This document shows, piece after piece, positions 1 to 13,438 of a stretch of DNA of 64,000 bases (its first letter is position 1; every line of letters starts with the position of its first letter). Source of the DNA: Eledone cirrhosa. Taxonomy: Eukaryota. The notes below the pieces were generated by a model. It saw only the letters and a program-made list of their open reading frames with translations, did no database searches and was not told the origin of the DNA. Both the position numbers and the translations under genes were made by a program. The DNA is taken from assembly GCA_964016885.1 (NCBI GenBank), contig OZ024741.1:114452001-114516000 (forward strand), read 5' to 3'.

Positions 1-93
1 TCAATAATGTAGTGATAATATATTGTTACGTTAGAGATGAACAGCGTACGTGCAGGTTTGCTCAACGAGTATAAATTATATTCCGGAGAAAAT

Positions 94-948
94 GTAGAAA
101 GGATGAATATAAAATGAAAGTGCTTTTTTTAAAAAAGGAATTTATTAGGTATTGACATATGTTTCTGTAACAGACGGAATACCTATGTATCGCTGCTTGC
201 GTAATCATATGCTTGCGTAATCAAATGTAGATTTTAAGCGATGGTTACAGTATACTGTAACCATCGCTTAAAATCTACATTTTCATATTATAAATACTAC
301 CAGGATTGAACGCCTGTCTCTATCCCCGTTTGACTGTCAAAATAGATATTAACATTCTTTATTAGTCTTAATTCTATCAACTCTTCTATTATTTACCTTT
401 TAATACAAACTGCTATAGATAAAATGAGATTTCTGATTTCTTGATTCAATTCCCTAATGCATATACCAGCTGGCTACTAGCATTGATGTTATTTAGTAGC
501 AATCGAAATCTCCCCCTTCCCCAATTGACACTTTATAATTAATACTACTGCACCAAATGACCAGCCCTGCCCACTGTCCAGTTGGTCAAGTAGAGATTAA
601 AATTGGCACTCCCAAAATTCTTATTTAGATTTACTCATGGTATTCTCATTAGAAACCCATTATATACTTGTTTAGCAGTAAATTAATTTACCATCTGTCA
701 TATACTATCCCCTCTGTTTCTTCCTCTATTACTAATATAAATACTTCAATTTTTCTGATTTTATCCAATTTATCCAAAATCTCTGAAGAAGTGACAACTG
801 ATTATACATTTGCTATCGAATACTTGCTAACATTATATGATTACGCAAGCAGCGATACATAGGTATTCCGTCTGTTACAGAAACATATGTCAATACCTAA
901 TAAATTCCTTTTTAAAAAAAGCACTTTCATTTTATATTCATCCTTTCT
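94..948 (+). mobile_element. Non-coding Penelope-type remnant with inverted partial terminal repeat
   Basis: About 94-210 is the reverse complement of about 835-948. Perfect 60-bp palindrome at 223-282, hammerhead-like motif at 778-897, and (TA)n directly after. Confidence 0.55.
778..897 (+). ncRNA. Hammerhead-like motif with long stem II (stem I degenerate)
   Basis: CTGAAGA at 783-789; stem II GTGACA/TGTTAC enclosing a long hairpin; GAAAC at 880-884; palindromic ACATATGT then C (GUC site). Confidence 0.5.
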
Positions 949-1135
949 ATATATATATATATATAATATGTGTGTGTGTATCCATATATCCATATGTGGT
1001 TGACAGCTTTGACAGCTCAGAGAAAAGAGTACTCAATACCGAAGTAGAGTTTTAATATTCATTTATTAAGGCTAAATAGAGTCTTGTTACTCTGGAGTTT
1101 TGCTTATTTATCACAAGGTCATCAGACAAGAAAGT

Positions 1136-1185
1136 TCTTGTCTGATGACCCTGTGATAATCTGGCGAAACTCCAGAGTAACAAGA
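1136..1185 (+). ncRNA. Type I hammerhead ribozyme
   Basis: Stem I TCTTGT/ACAAGA, CTGATGA, short stem II, GAAAC, stem III ACTC/GAGT, GUA site. An inverted copy (GAAA>AAAA) lies at about 1081-1133. Confidence 0.75.
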
Positions 1186-1492
1186 CTCTCTATTTAGCCT
1201 TAATAAAATGAATATATATACATATATATAGTATAAATTATTATTTTTTTTTATTATCACAGTTTAATTTATTTTATTTCCAATTATGTTTTACTTTTTA
1301 ATCTATTTTCTTTTTTTATAAATTCTATTTACCTTTATTTTTTCATCATAAATTATTTCTCAAAGATGGACTCTAAATAGTTTTAGAAGCTGGATCAGGG
1401 TAAATACTTATTATTTGTATGTTTGTTATCTTATTCTTACAACTGTTACTTTGTTTAACAATATTGTTATATTTCTGTATAATATACACATA

Positions 1493-1559
<67 letters not shown>

Positions 1560-1908
1560 GAAAGTAATAAAATGTTTATGCATATCTACCCAAGACACTT
1601 TATGAATTTGTTTCATGTTTTCTTGAATTCTTTAAATTTCTTCCAAATCAGAAACAAAAGTGGTTTTGCCTTTTTTACAGAATATTTTATTGTTTATGTA
1701 TTTTTCAATGATGCCAATTATAATTTAGATCACATCATCATCATTAGTTTATAATTTGTTTTTTTCAGTCTTTAAAACATTGATATATACCCTCTTTCTC
1801 TTCTTTGACTGTTTTTCTGCTCATATGAGGTTATATTTTAACCTGATTTTTGCTATGCATAATAGCAGCTGGCTGTTTTACAGCTTCTGCGTTACAATTT
1901 TATGAAAA

Positions 1909-1965
<57 letters not shown>

Positions 1966-2268
1966 TGTATGTGTGTGTTCATGTCTGTGTTTGTTTTTGT
2001 CTCATAACTTAGTAGTTTGGTGAAATGGGTACCAGGCTTGGAAAAAATAATGCTGATGTTGATATGATCAACTAAATCCCTTGAAGGTGGTGCCCCAGTA
2101 TAGCAGCACTCCAATGGGTGAAACAAATAAAAGAATAAAAAAAGACTAGTGTGTTTAATTGTTTAATGGCTAATTATTCTTACAGAAAAATACAATCAGG
2201 TTAATCAGTATGTAAAGACGAGCATTTACTAAAATTATTATTAAAATTATCTTTATTATTCCTTCTTC

Positions 2269-2302
<34 letters not shown>

Positions 2303-2328
2303 CTTCTTCTTTATTATTATTATTATTA

Positions 2329-2535
2329 AGGGTGGTGGATTTGCAGAATCGGTAGACCGAAGGACAACATGCTTAGCGGCATATAGTTACGGTCCTTTAT
2401 GTTCTGAGTTCAAATCCTGCCGAGATTAGCTTTGTTTTACAACGTTACAGGGTCAATAAAATAAAGTACCAATAACACAATGGGGTCAATTTAATCAACT
2501 TTCCCCTCTCCCTTTGTGCCTATAGTAGAAATCAT
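2329..2535 (+). mobile_element. tRNA-derived SINE in (TTA)n
   Basis: B-box GAGTTCAAATCC, central ...gggtcaataaaataaagtacc, tail ttgtgcctatagtagaaatc; (TTA)n on both sides. Confidence 0.75.
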
Positions 2536-3445
2536 TATTATTATTAATAATAATAATAATATTAGTAGTAGTTGGGTGGTGAATGGTAGAAACAGTAGGC
2601 CATCAGATCAAATTTCTTGCAGTATTTAGTTATGTATCTTTACACACTCAGTTCAAATCCTGCCTGGCATTAAAATTTACAATTTATTTTTTCAGAGTTG
2701 ATAAAAATTTGTTCTGGGACTATGTAATTGAAAATCTATTCAGGTTTAGCTGGTCTTCTTTGTGGTTGCATCTCATAGGAGGTTTTGGGGGCATTTTAAT
2801 GATAGGAGCTCCAGCCCTATCAAAATATGTCACCAGTGGGGGATTATACAATCCAGCAAAACTAATAATCCAGTACAGGTCTAGAGCAAAGGTTGTTGTA
2901 AATTTGCTGTTGTATCTGTATAGCTTAATATTGGAGATAACTGTATTTGATTTAGATTTCATCTATGAATGAAATCAATATTATTATGTTTATAAAAAGC
3001 CTTAATCTTTATCATCATTGACATCTTTGCTAGTAAAATAAAAAGAAATAGGAAAAGTGGTGATCATGGAAGCTATGCTTCTATTAGACTTTCCATTAAC
3101 AACACTGTTGGTCACAAGTCCTGTCAGCAGCAGTACCAATTTTCTGATGACAGGAGGTGGGTTTTGAACACAAAGCCAGAACAGATACCATAAAGTATCC
3201 TATTTGATATTTTAACAATTCTCCTAATACATGACTTGTGGACTGGTAATTGATTTATCAACCCTAAAAGGATGACAAGCAAAATTGACCCCAGCAGGAT
3301 TTGAGTTGAGAGTGCAAAGAATCGGAACAAATACTAAAATATTTAATCCTATGCTTTAATGACTTTGCCAATTTTCCACACATAATAACAAAAACTTTTA
3401 TTTCTAAGTTGATAAAATAGAATGTTGGCTTGGTTTTGTGTTGTA

Positions 3446-3717
3446 TCAAATCATGTGAAGAGTTGTAGCAAAGATGTTAGAAAGACCTGTCTCAAAAGTT
3501 GCCATGATGGAAACATAAAATGTTTTGATCTCTGACTTAACTTGAAACACTAAACTAGTTTCATCAGTTTCAACTCTGTGTACAATATCTGAACTCCCCT
3601 CCTGACTGCCAATATTGACCATGTAAGTGTTTCTTTGGTGATTGTTCCTTTTAAAAACTTGCTCCCATGATATTTCCAAACTGGATTCACTTAATCTTTT
3701 CAAGCTGGCCAAGGAGC
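3446..3717 (-). CDS. Terminal coding exon of giant FN3-like repeat protein
   Basis: ttttccag| acceptor, phase 1 match. LEISWEQVF...YMVNIGSQEGSSDI...; TGA at 3446-3448. Confidence 0.85.
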
Positions 3718-6700
3718 CTGGAAAATAAGATTATAAAAAAAAAATGAGTGCATAAGTAACTTTTTTTTTTTCTGATATCATCACTAGTACACAACCCATT
3801 TGTTTATGGTTAGAATAAGTGATATTTGAAATTTGAAAATATAGTTGCCACAATGCAGACAATTATAATAATAATTGAACAAATCAGGTAAGCTCATGCT
3901 AAGGTTCACTGGCCAATAATTACTGTCTTTGTAGAAGATTCTAAGTGGTGCAGATAAGACTTTTTTTTAATTACGAAACATTAGGAAATTTGGAAATATA
4001 GTTGCTGTAATGTAAATAATTATAATAATAGTTCCTTATTTTAGATAATAGTTGAATCAAATCAGATAAAGTATCCCTGAAAATAGAAAAGAGTAGATAG
4101 AGATGTCACACATTTCTTGTATGCTTAGTGTTGTGCTTAACTATTATGCAAAATAATCCATAATCACATAAGGGTTAAATGCACTCACCTGGCACAGGAG
4201 AGATGCATGGTTTATTCTTCACAGGTGTTCACTCTTTTTCATCTCCAGGTATATTTCACCCGATTTATTCACATATTATCTATAGTTATTTGCAAAGCGG
4301 TGACTATATTTAAAAATTTCCTAATGTTTCATAAATCAACCAAGTATGTTTCAATATAATGAACAACATAATGTTGATGGCATAATAAAGTACACCCAGT
4401 ACATCCTGTAAGTGTTTGTGCTGATGTCCTGATAACATACATCCAGTACATTCTGTGAAGTGTTAGTGCCACAATGAAATGTACCTAGTTCATTCTGTAA
4501 AATTGTTGGCATTAAGAAGGATATCCTGCTATAGAACCATGCCAAAATTGGAACATATGAACCTGCTGTGATTCTTCAAGCATGGTAACTCAACATGGAA
4601 TACAGATGTAAAATGATGATAATGGTGAATGTTAATTTACCTGTTAGTTCTGGCCAGGTACTGTCTACCACAACTCTATTTGACTGGGATGTTTCAGTTT
4701 CTTTCATTGTGTGATTTCCCTTTATTTCTGCTTGATAGGTAGATCCATCTTTCAGATTGAGCTCTCTATAAGTCAGTTGTCGATGGTACCCTATAGATAC
4801 CCAGTTCATGTAAACATGACCATTTTCTGTGATTTTGCACATGTAATCATCTCGTTTTTCCTCGGCATGTTCGATGATAATCCTCAACTGACTGCGATCA
4901 CTTTGTACACAGCAAGAATTTGTGTGTGACCATTCATTTATTGGGATCATGTGAACTTTGGTATTATTATGTTTCGGAACAGTTGTTGGCCTGGATATCA
5001 AACCTAATGCAAGACCAGCATTATTTATGCAGTTTACATACATAATAAGCGATTTGCTTTCAATAGATTTGGCTGACAAAACTTTACTTATCTTGTTGCT
5101 TGCTGAAACTTCTGTCTTCTCAACAAAGGCTGTGTAGTCTTCATCAGTCCCTAAATTAGAATTGAACAACATTTTAAAGAAAAAATAATTTTCATAATTG
5201 TGTATTATGTATTTCATTTTATCCCATACAATACCAAACTGCCTCTAATTCTATGATATAAAGTTCTTTGCATTAAAACTTAATAATAAGGTTAGTTATA
5301 TTACTAAACCACTCAAAATTCTTAATGATTTTCAAATCATTTTGAAAATCATAGAAATGTGGTAACAAAAGAATTAGGAAAATCATAGAAATGTGGTAAC
5401 AAAAGAATTAGGATAATTTTAAATTCTTCCTTGGTTCTATCATAAACCAATCTTACCTCATTTATCATTTTGACATTATAGAGTAGAGAGAACTCTCCAG
5501 TCTTGCTGGAGACATGATAACTTCTCTAGTGCTGGTGCCAAGATAAAATGTACCCAGTACTGATGCCATGATAAAACGCACCCTGTACACTTAATAAAGT
5601 GGTAGTGTTGGTACCATAATAAAATGTACCCAGTACACTATAAAGTTGTTGGCATGAAGGAAAGACATCCAGCTGTAGAAAACATGTCAAAATATGGAAC
5701 TTATGAACAAGATGTGTTTATCTGATCCATCTAGTCTCAGACCATGATGACCATGGAAAGTAGATGTTAAATGATGATTCAACACCAGAGACAATTATTC
5801 TTTAATCTAATGATAACTTTCAACAGGGCTGAACTTTCACCTGCTGAGGCCCTCAACTATATGAAATATGAACACCTTCTCTAAATAATTTTGGGTAAAA
5901 AAATTAAAATAGTTATACATAATTATTATTTATTAATGATTAAAAAATCAAATCATATTAATGATAAAGAATAAATAATATATAATTTTTGATGATTTAG
6001 TGTTAAAGAATAAAAAACTAATAAAATAAAAAAAATATTCTTAAAAAAGGCCCCCGAGGGTGTTTGACCCTAAGCTATAGCTTATTTAACTTATAGATAA
6101 GTCCAGCATTGAAGACTTCATTATATATTACTGTTGAGGATGATAAATTGGTGGAATTAGTAGGTTGTTGGACTAAATACTTTTGTGGTATTTGTTCTGG
6201 TTCTTTACATTCTGAGATCAAACTTTGCCTTTCATCTTTCTGAAGTCAATAAAATAAAGTACCATTCAAGTACTGAGGTCGATATAATTAACTTTCCTCT
6301 CTCCCTTCTCCCCAAATTGTTTTCCTTGTGCCTAAAATAGAAACCATTATGTATTACTACTTACCTATGCTGTAATAACATTTAGAAATGCCTGATTCTT
6401 TGTCTTCTGATTTCCACTTTGCTTCAACTAGAATTTCTGTTAATTCACTATGTGATATTATGAAGTGCACAAAACTTATATCAGGTGGAGTATTATCAGT
6501 TGTAAGAGACTCTGTAAAGGTAGCAATTATTCCTGCTTCATTTTCTACCTGCACTGTCACGTAAATTTGCTGTGCATGGGGAAGAGATTCACTGTATATT
6601 GTATGAATGCTAGTGGGAGAAACTTGACTCAACTGATTAATTTGGAAGCCAAGTGGTGTAGTTCCAGCACCTACATATATATGCTTGATGTCGCTCTCTC

Positions 6701-9700
6701 GGTCTACTACTTGGAGGGAGAGCAATAATTCAGTTGGTGAAGTTTGCCATAGTTCTAAAGCACTATTTTTATCAGAACTAACTGAAATGCACTCATCTAA
6801 AGAGATTTGCAATTTTGGTGGTAAATCCCTGTTTGTGGTAAATTCAAGAGAAACATTTTTCCTTCCATTTTCTCTAGACGTAAAATGGAATTTGAAGTGA
6901 GTAGTGTCAGATATAACTTGAGGTGGAATACGGACTGAATAGTCTCCAATATATAGCACAATATTTTGTCTATATTTATAAAATGGAATTGTGAAATAAA
7001 TATAATAGATCTTGTGTAACTGGAGATGAAGTGGTGCGATAAAGAGTTGATCTTGACCTTGAAGAAGATTATTCTTGTTAATTTCAAATTCTGTTTGGAT
7101 GATATTCTTGGTAGATTCACACTTATAGCCTTCAGCGGGTGTCCTGTCTATGCAGACCTCTGGAGAACGAGAAATGGGGCTTCTGTGACCAGCAGCATCG
7201 ACTGCTTGGACATAACCGACGTAACACTTGTTGTGATCTAAAGTTGGCCCTTCAAACTTGTGGCTTGTTGCAATTCCAACAGAAGTAAATGGAGATGTGG
7301 CATTAGAGAGATTAGATGGGCCCATTGCCACAAGATATTCATATACAGCTGAGTGAGCATCTTCAAAACCATGCCAAGAGATTCCAAAAAACTTTTGCAA
7401 GTTCTGATGGTAAGTGTTGCGATAGTTCTCTGTGTTATACACAATGCCAGCCAAGGGAGATATATCATCAAAAACAAATCCATCAGAACTAAGGGATACA
7501 AAGAGACCAAGGTTGTTAACTGCCACCACTGTGAAATAATAGCTGCTCCCTTTCTCTAGTTTTATGCGGCTTACTTTCTCGGTAATGTTTGCTGGGAGGA
7601 TCTCTGCTGGTAAAAGGTCTCCATCTGTTAAAGAAAAGGGCATGAGTTAAACATAAATAATCAACATTTATACAGATATTATCACTAGTACATAATCCAT
7701 TGTTTTACGGATCAAATAAGTATTATTCAGCTTTCTTCACCAAACTTTAACAAAGCTATGTTTGTGGATTATATATATCTTCTTTAGTCCCTTTGCTCCA
7801 CATGGAGCAATGGGTAATGAGATATCTTGCTTTTGTGTGGTTACAAGCCTTGCTACAGGCCTGCTCATCATTTCTGTAGCAATAAACACACACACACATA
7901 TAAATATATATATATGCAGACTATGGGTACACAAGAGATTTAATGGGATCTCAGGAAGTTTAGTTAAGAATGTAGGCTTTCCATGTAGCAGTTGCACTGG
8001 GACAGTAAGCAGAAAACAGCCACAAGAAGCAAGCACTACTAAATTCTGGGAGGGCTCTGTAGAAAGAGTAGACAGCTTCTGCTGCCTAGGTGACCGAATT
8101 AGCAGCAGAGGTGGGAGTTCTGAAAGTACAGTCACAAGGGCAGGAACGGGATGGAAGAAGTTCAGGGAGCTACTACCACTGCTAGCTGCAAAAGGCTTTT
8201 CTCTCAAAATAAAAGACAGACTGTATGATGTGTACATACGAACAGCAATGTTACATGGTAGTGAGACCTGGGCGTTGTGCACAGAAGACTTGCATAAATT
8301 AGAAAGAAACAAAGCTAGCATGCTCCGATGGATGTGTAATAGGTAATATATGCGAATGGCAAAGCATAAACAAATTGAGAGAGCGACTAAGCATAAGAGG
8401 ATCAAACGCTGTGTGCAGGAGAGGAGATTACGTTGGTTCGGACATGTGGTGCATATGAAGGATGACAGCTGCATAAAAAGGTGCAGAGCACTAAAAGTTG
8501 ATGGAAGCCTTGGAGTGGGGACACCTGGCCCAATTGAACTTCTCAAAGGCGATGATACAGGACTGAGGCCGCTGTCATTACGCAGTAATACAGAAGACCC
8601 AACTTCCCATGGGTACAAGCCTAAGCTGAAGCATATAGACAGTATGGCCCCACCCTCCTACTGTAAAGTGGTCATGTAGGTGTCACAACAAAAAGCACCC
8701 AGTCCACACTGTAAAGTGGTCGTGTAGGCGCCACAGTAAAAAGCACCCAGTACTCACTGTAAATGAGGTTGGTGTTAAGAAGGGCATCCAGCTGTAGAAA
8801 TCAAGCCCAAATCAGTTCTGTATGAACAAGGCATGGTCACCTGACCTGGCATTGTCCACAACAGGACAACCCATCTAACCCATGCTAGCATGGAAGAATG
8901 GTTGTAAAACAGTGATGATGATGATGATATATATAGCTGGCGTTATGCAATAATACAGAAGACCTGCCTTCCCATGGGCACAAGCTGAAGCATACATATA
9001 GTATGCACCACCCCACTCTTCTATACATCTCCCATGTGGACAGGCTGAACCATACAACTAGTGAAGCTTCCAGCCCACACTGTAAAGTGGTTGTAATGGC
9101 GACATGAAAAAAGTGCCTGGCCCCTGCTGTAAAGTGGTCATGATGGTGAACACAATCCAAGAGGCTATAAGGAGAGAAGGCAGAGAAAAAAAGGAGAGAA
9201 GGCAATATACACCTGATGATGTCACCAGGATCTTACGGAACCTGGCCACTGAAATAAATCTTCGAAGGAATCTCAACAGTCCAGCCTCCTGTCATTTTAC
9301 CCAATAATATATATATATATATATATCATCATCATCATCGTTTAACGTCCATCTTCCACACTAGCATGGGTTAGATGGTTTTGTTCCATTTGATGCGGGA
9401 ATGGTCGGGAGATCATATCTCACATGCATGGAAGCATCTCTGGCAGGTTTTTCTTTTACAGCTGGATTCCCTTCCTAACACCAACCACATTTACAGTGTT
9501 TGACTGGGAGCCTTTTCACCGTGTTTTCTACACGGCCACCTTACAGTGTGGACTGTTGTGACATTGACATAGTGGACAGATATATACACACACATGCACA
9601 CACACATAGATAATGAGAGAGAGAGAAGAGACAGATATACAATACTATTGATAGAAAAAATTCATTTTAGAACATTTTTCTATTCTAGTTTTTTGTCTTC

Positions 9701-12700
9701 CATAAAATCTAAGTAACAGAATTTGTTTACCTATCCTAGCATTAATGTGAGAGATGGACAAAAAGGCTGTACAGTTATTATAATATAAATTTTGTTTAGT
9801 TTATAACATGAACATTCAAACATAGATTTACATATATATATATACATACACTTACACATACATTCACTTATACATATACACTCACACATATGACAAAAAT
9901 TCTATTAGCTGAATCAACAGCTGTGGGTTAACATCTGCTATGGACTGGTACCAGATCTAGTGGGGATTCTTTTGGTGAGAGGACTCGGACCCCTGTTATT
10001 AAAACATCCAAGAAAACTCATATGAGATGTAACCTCCTAGGAGATCAACTAAACCTACATAGGTAAGAGGTATAACACCGACATCTAGTATCAAGAAAAA
10101 TCAAGTGATCAGTTTTAATTCAAAATATGAAAACAAGAATATTTATTGGATTGAAACTATGACTTTACGATTGTGAGAGCAAACTCCTAAATGTTAGGCT
10201 ACACACCTTCACAGAATAGGTACACTGTATTTCCATATGTCGTAAGAGGGGACTAAAATGGTTGGCACAAGGAAAGGCATTTGACTGTAAAACATTGCTT
10301 TAAAAACAGACTTCATGATTAGTATGATTACTAAGCTTATGACAGACAGAAAATATTAACCCTTTCATTGCCATAATGAAATATACTGCATTTGAATTAG
10401 GAAATGAAGGATTGAGGGATTTCTTAAAATTATTAATTATTTCATTATTAAGATTTTTGAACATAAGTTTATAATCTTTTCTTAAGTTAGTAACCTAACT
10501 TAACAAAAGATTCTTATATCAAATTATGTGGGAATATTTTTTTACCATTTTGTAGCCATATTTCTGATGAAATACACTTTATTTATATTAATTAATGAAG
10601 GGATTTACTAAAATTGTTCATTATTTCATTACTAATATTATAAGTAAACATACAGTTCCTATACGAAATTATGTAGGAAGATTTTTATTTAAATAGATAC
10701 CCTTTAAAATGGGTAGTTGTATTTAATAAAACCAGAGCTGGTTTTGGCTGGGTTGATATCAATAGGTTAAATAGGAACCTTTTACAATGGGCCATTATAT
10801 TTCAAAAAGCAAAACTAGTTTTGGTGAGGCTGGTATCAAATGGGTTAAATAAGAACCCTTTACAATGGGTAGTTTTGTTTTACAGAACCAGAAGTGATTT
10901 TAGTCAGGTTGATATCAAAAGGATTAAAGTAATTTACTCACAACCAGGTTCTGTTCCTGCCATCACAATGAAATAGGTTAAAACACTTTGTTTCTCTGTG
11001 AAAACTCCCTTCCAACAAGCTGCAATTGTTGTCACTTTTGTCATGTAGTCAATATCTTCCTTCTCATCACATCCTTTTATTGTGTCTCGTACTGAGGCTC
11101 CTCTGCGGACAACAGGTGCAGACAGATCAAGCTTTATTGTCTCTGTAGATGTAAACACACGGAACTGGTCAGCAGAATACCATGCCTTGATATAAAACAC
11201 ATACTCTTCACTGGACTGAAGATTTTGTCCTTTAGGTAAGCAGTAAGACACATGGTCTTGCAAACCAATATCTCTCCAAGGGTTTTCTTCTAGAATATTA
11301 AAGATGCCATCTCCAACACTTGAACCCTTGATGCCAGCACTCCATTCAAAACGTTGAACAACAGCCGAGGAGTTACTCACTTTCCAATGTGCTGTGAGAC
11401 ATTTAGACGATACAATAAAACCTTTATTATTCAATACATCTATTGATAAAGAAGTGTTTTCTTTAGGTAGACTTTGACATTTTGTTGTGGCTTTCGACAT
11501 CACCTGACATTTTTTACCACTGGCAGCACAAGTACAGTCATTATTGCAATACTGTACTGAACAGGAGTGTTTCTGGATCTCAAGCAATCCATAGTCTTTT
11601 TGTTTAGAGCTACTCAACATTTCAACAGTCAATTTAAATACTTCACTATATAGACCAACTCCATTTTCTGCTAGAATCTCAATAATGAGTTGATCTGGAG
11701 GTGTAAGAAGTTTATTGAGTGTTGTACTGGTGGATTGGTATTTCATTCCACTTCTGTGTGGGACTATTATGGGATTGCACAACAGTTGGTTATTCAAGTG
11801 GCGTATTATAAGGTGATACCTAAGAATGAAAGAAACATAGTGAAGTTGAACATTATTATGAAAATATTACATGAATGCAACAACAACAAAATGCATTTTA
11901 AGGACACTTTCCCTACCAAAGCAAGGGTCTACTTGTAGGTTCTATGACAGCATAAATTCTACTCATCATTGAGTCCCTTTTGAGGCAATGTTTTGTAGCC
12001 ACATGCCCTTCCTGGCACCTTACTTTTTACAACACAATGTGGTGTACCTATAGTAAACTGGATACAAACTGTAGGAAAATGTCACATTGATGATGATAAA
12101 GATGATAATAATAATGGTTTCTGATTTTAAGGGAAGGGGAAAGTTGATTAAATCAACCCCAGTATGTTACTGGTACTTTATTTCATCGACCCTGTAAGGA
12201 TGAAAGGCAAAGCTAACCTTGGCAGGATTTAAAATCAGAATGTAAAGAGCTGTAACTATATACCACAAAGTATGTACCCTGACTCTATACCGATTCTGCC
12301 AATCCACCGCCCTAATAATAATTGCTTCTACTTTTGGCACAAAGCCAGCAATTGTACTAGTGCATTACTGGTTCTTTATTTTATCACCCCGTAAGGATGA
12401 AAGGCAAAGTTAACCTCGGCAGGATTTGAACCCAGAACGTAAAGGGCCATAACTCTATGCTGCAAAGCATGCATCTGACACTCTAACGATATTGCTAACC
12501 CACAGCTCTAATAATAATAATAATAGTCATTTCTAACAGAGGCACAAATCAAGAAATTTTGAGGCAGGGGTTAGTTCATTGATTGGTTATTTATTCACCT
12601 TTCAACCACAGAAGGATGATAGGCAAAGTTGACTTTGGCAGGATTTGAACTCAGACTACTGAGAACAAGTACTGCAAGATATTTTATCTGACACACTAAG

Positions 12701-13092
12701 GATTCTTTTCATTATTCTCAACAAAGGACCATCTATATAATAGAAAAGGTGTCATACAAAATGAATTACAAAACAAGTGAGGATGTATACATCATCATCA
12801 TCATCAGTTAACATCTATTTCCATACTTGCATGCTTTAGACAGGCTGTCATGTTATGAGTTCAAATAGATCAGGTGACCATGTCTTGCTCATACACTTGG
12901 TTTTGGGCTTGATTTTCTATAGTTGGATGCCCTTCCTAATGTCAACTATTTTCAACATTTACTGGGAGTTTCTTTTATGGTGCCAGCATAATCTTATAGG
13001 GTAAATTTGGTGCTTTTTGATGGTATGAACACGACCACCTTACAGGGTGGACTATGTACCTTTGTCATGGCAACAGCACTACCACTTTACAG

Positions 13093-13127
<35 letters not shown>

Positions 13128-13394
13128 CACACACACACAAAGTCAGCCACACATTGTTCCCTTCCCCAACTTACCTATTTCCTTTCAGAACCCCCCATGT
13201 CGATGGATGTGAAATCCAAAATATAGGGACCAATAAATTTCTTACAAGGTAACTCTTTCTCTGGTTTTCTTTTTATGCTTTTTTATGTCTCTTTTTACGT
13301 TTCTTTCTACGTTTCTCTTCCTTCTTCCTACTGTCACCTCATTTTGTTACTCAGAGATTTCCCCATCTGCATTGTAGAGGCTTCCTAAACGACC

Positions 13395-13438
<44 letters not shown>

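Noticed and set aside
4189-4320. Exon-like segment with a strong CAG|gtgagt donor on the minus strand
   Set aside because: Stops occur in the required frame, and the flanking exons 4641-5150 and 3446-3717 join in phase without it.
7737-8618. Long ORFs antisense to LINEs (also 14239..14874, 52071..52682, 54825..55457, 55791..56513)
   Set aside because: Shadow frames of retroelement coding or low-complexity sequence with no independent motifs.
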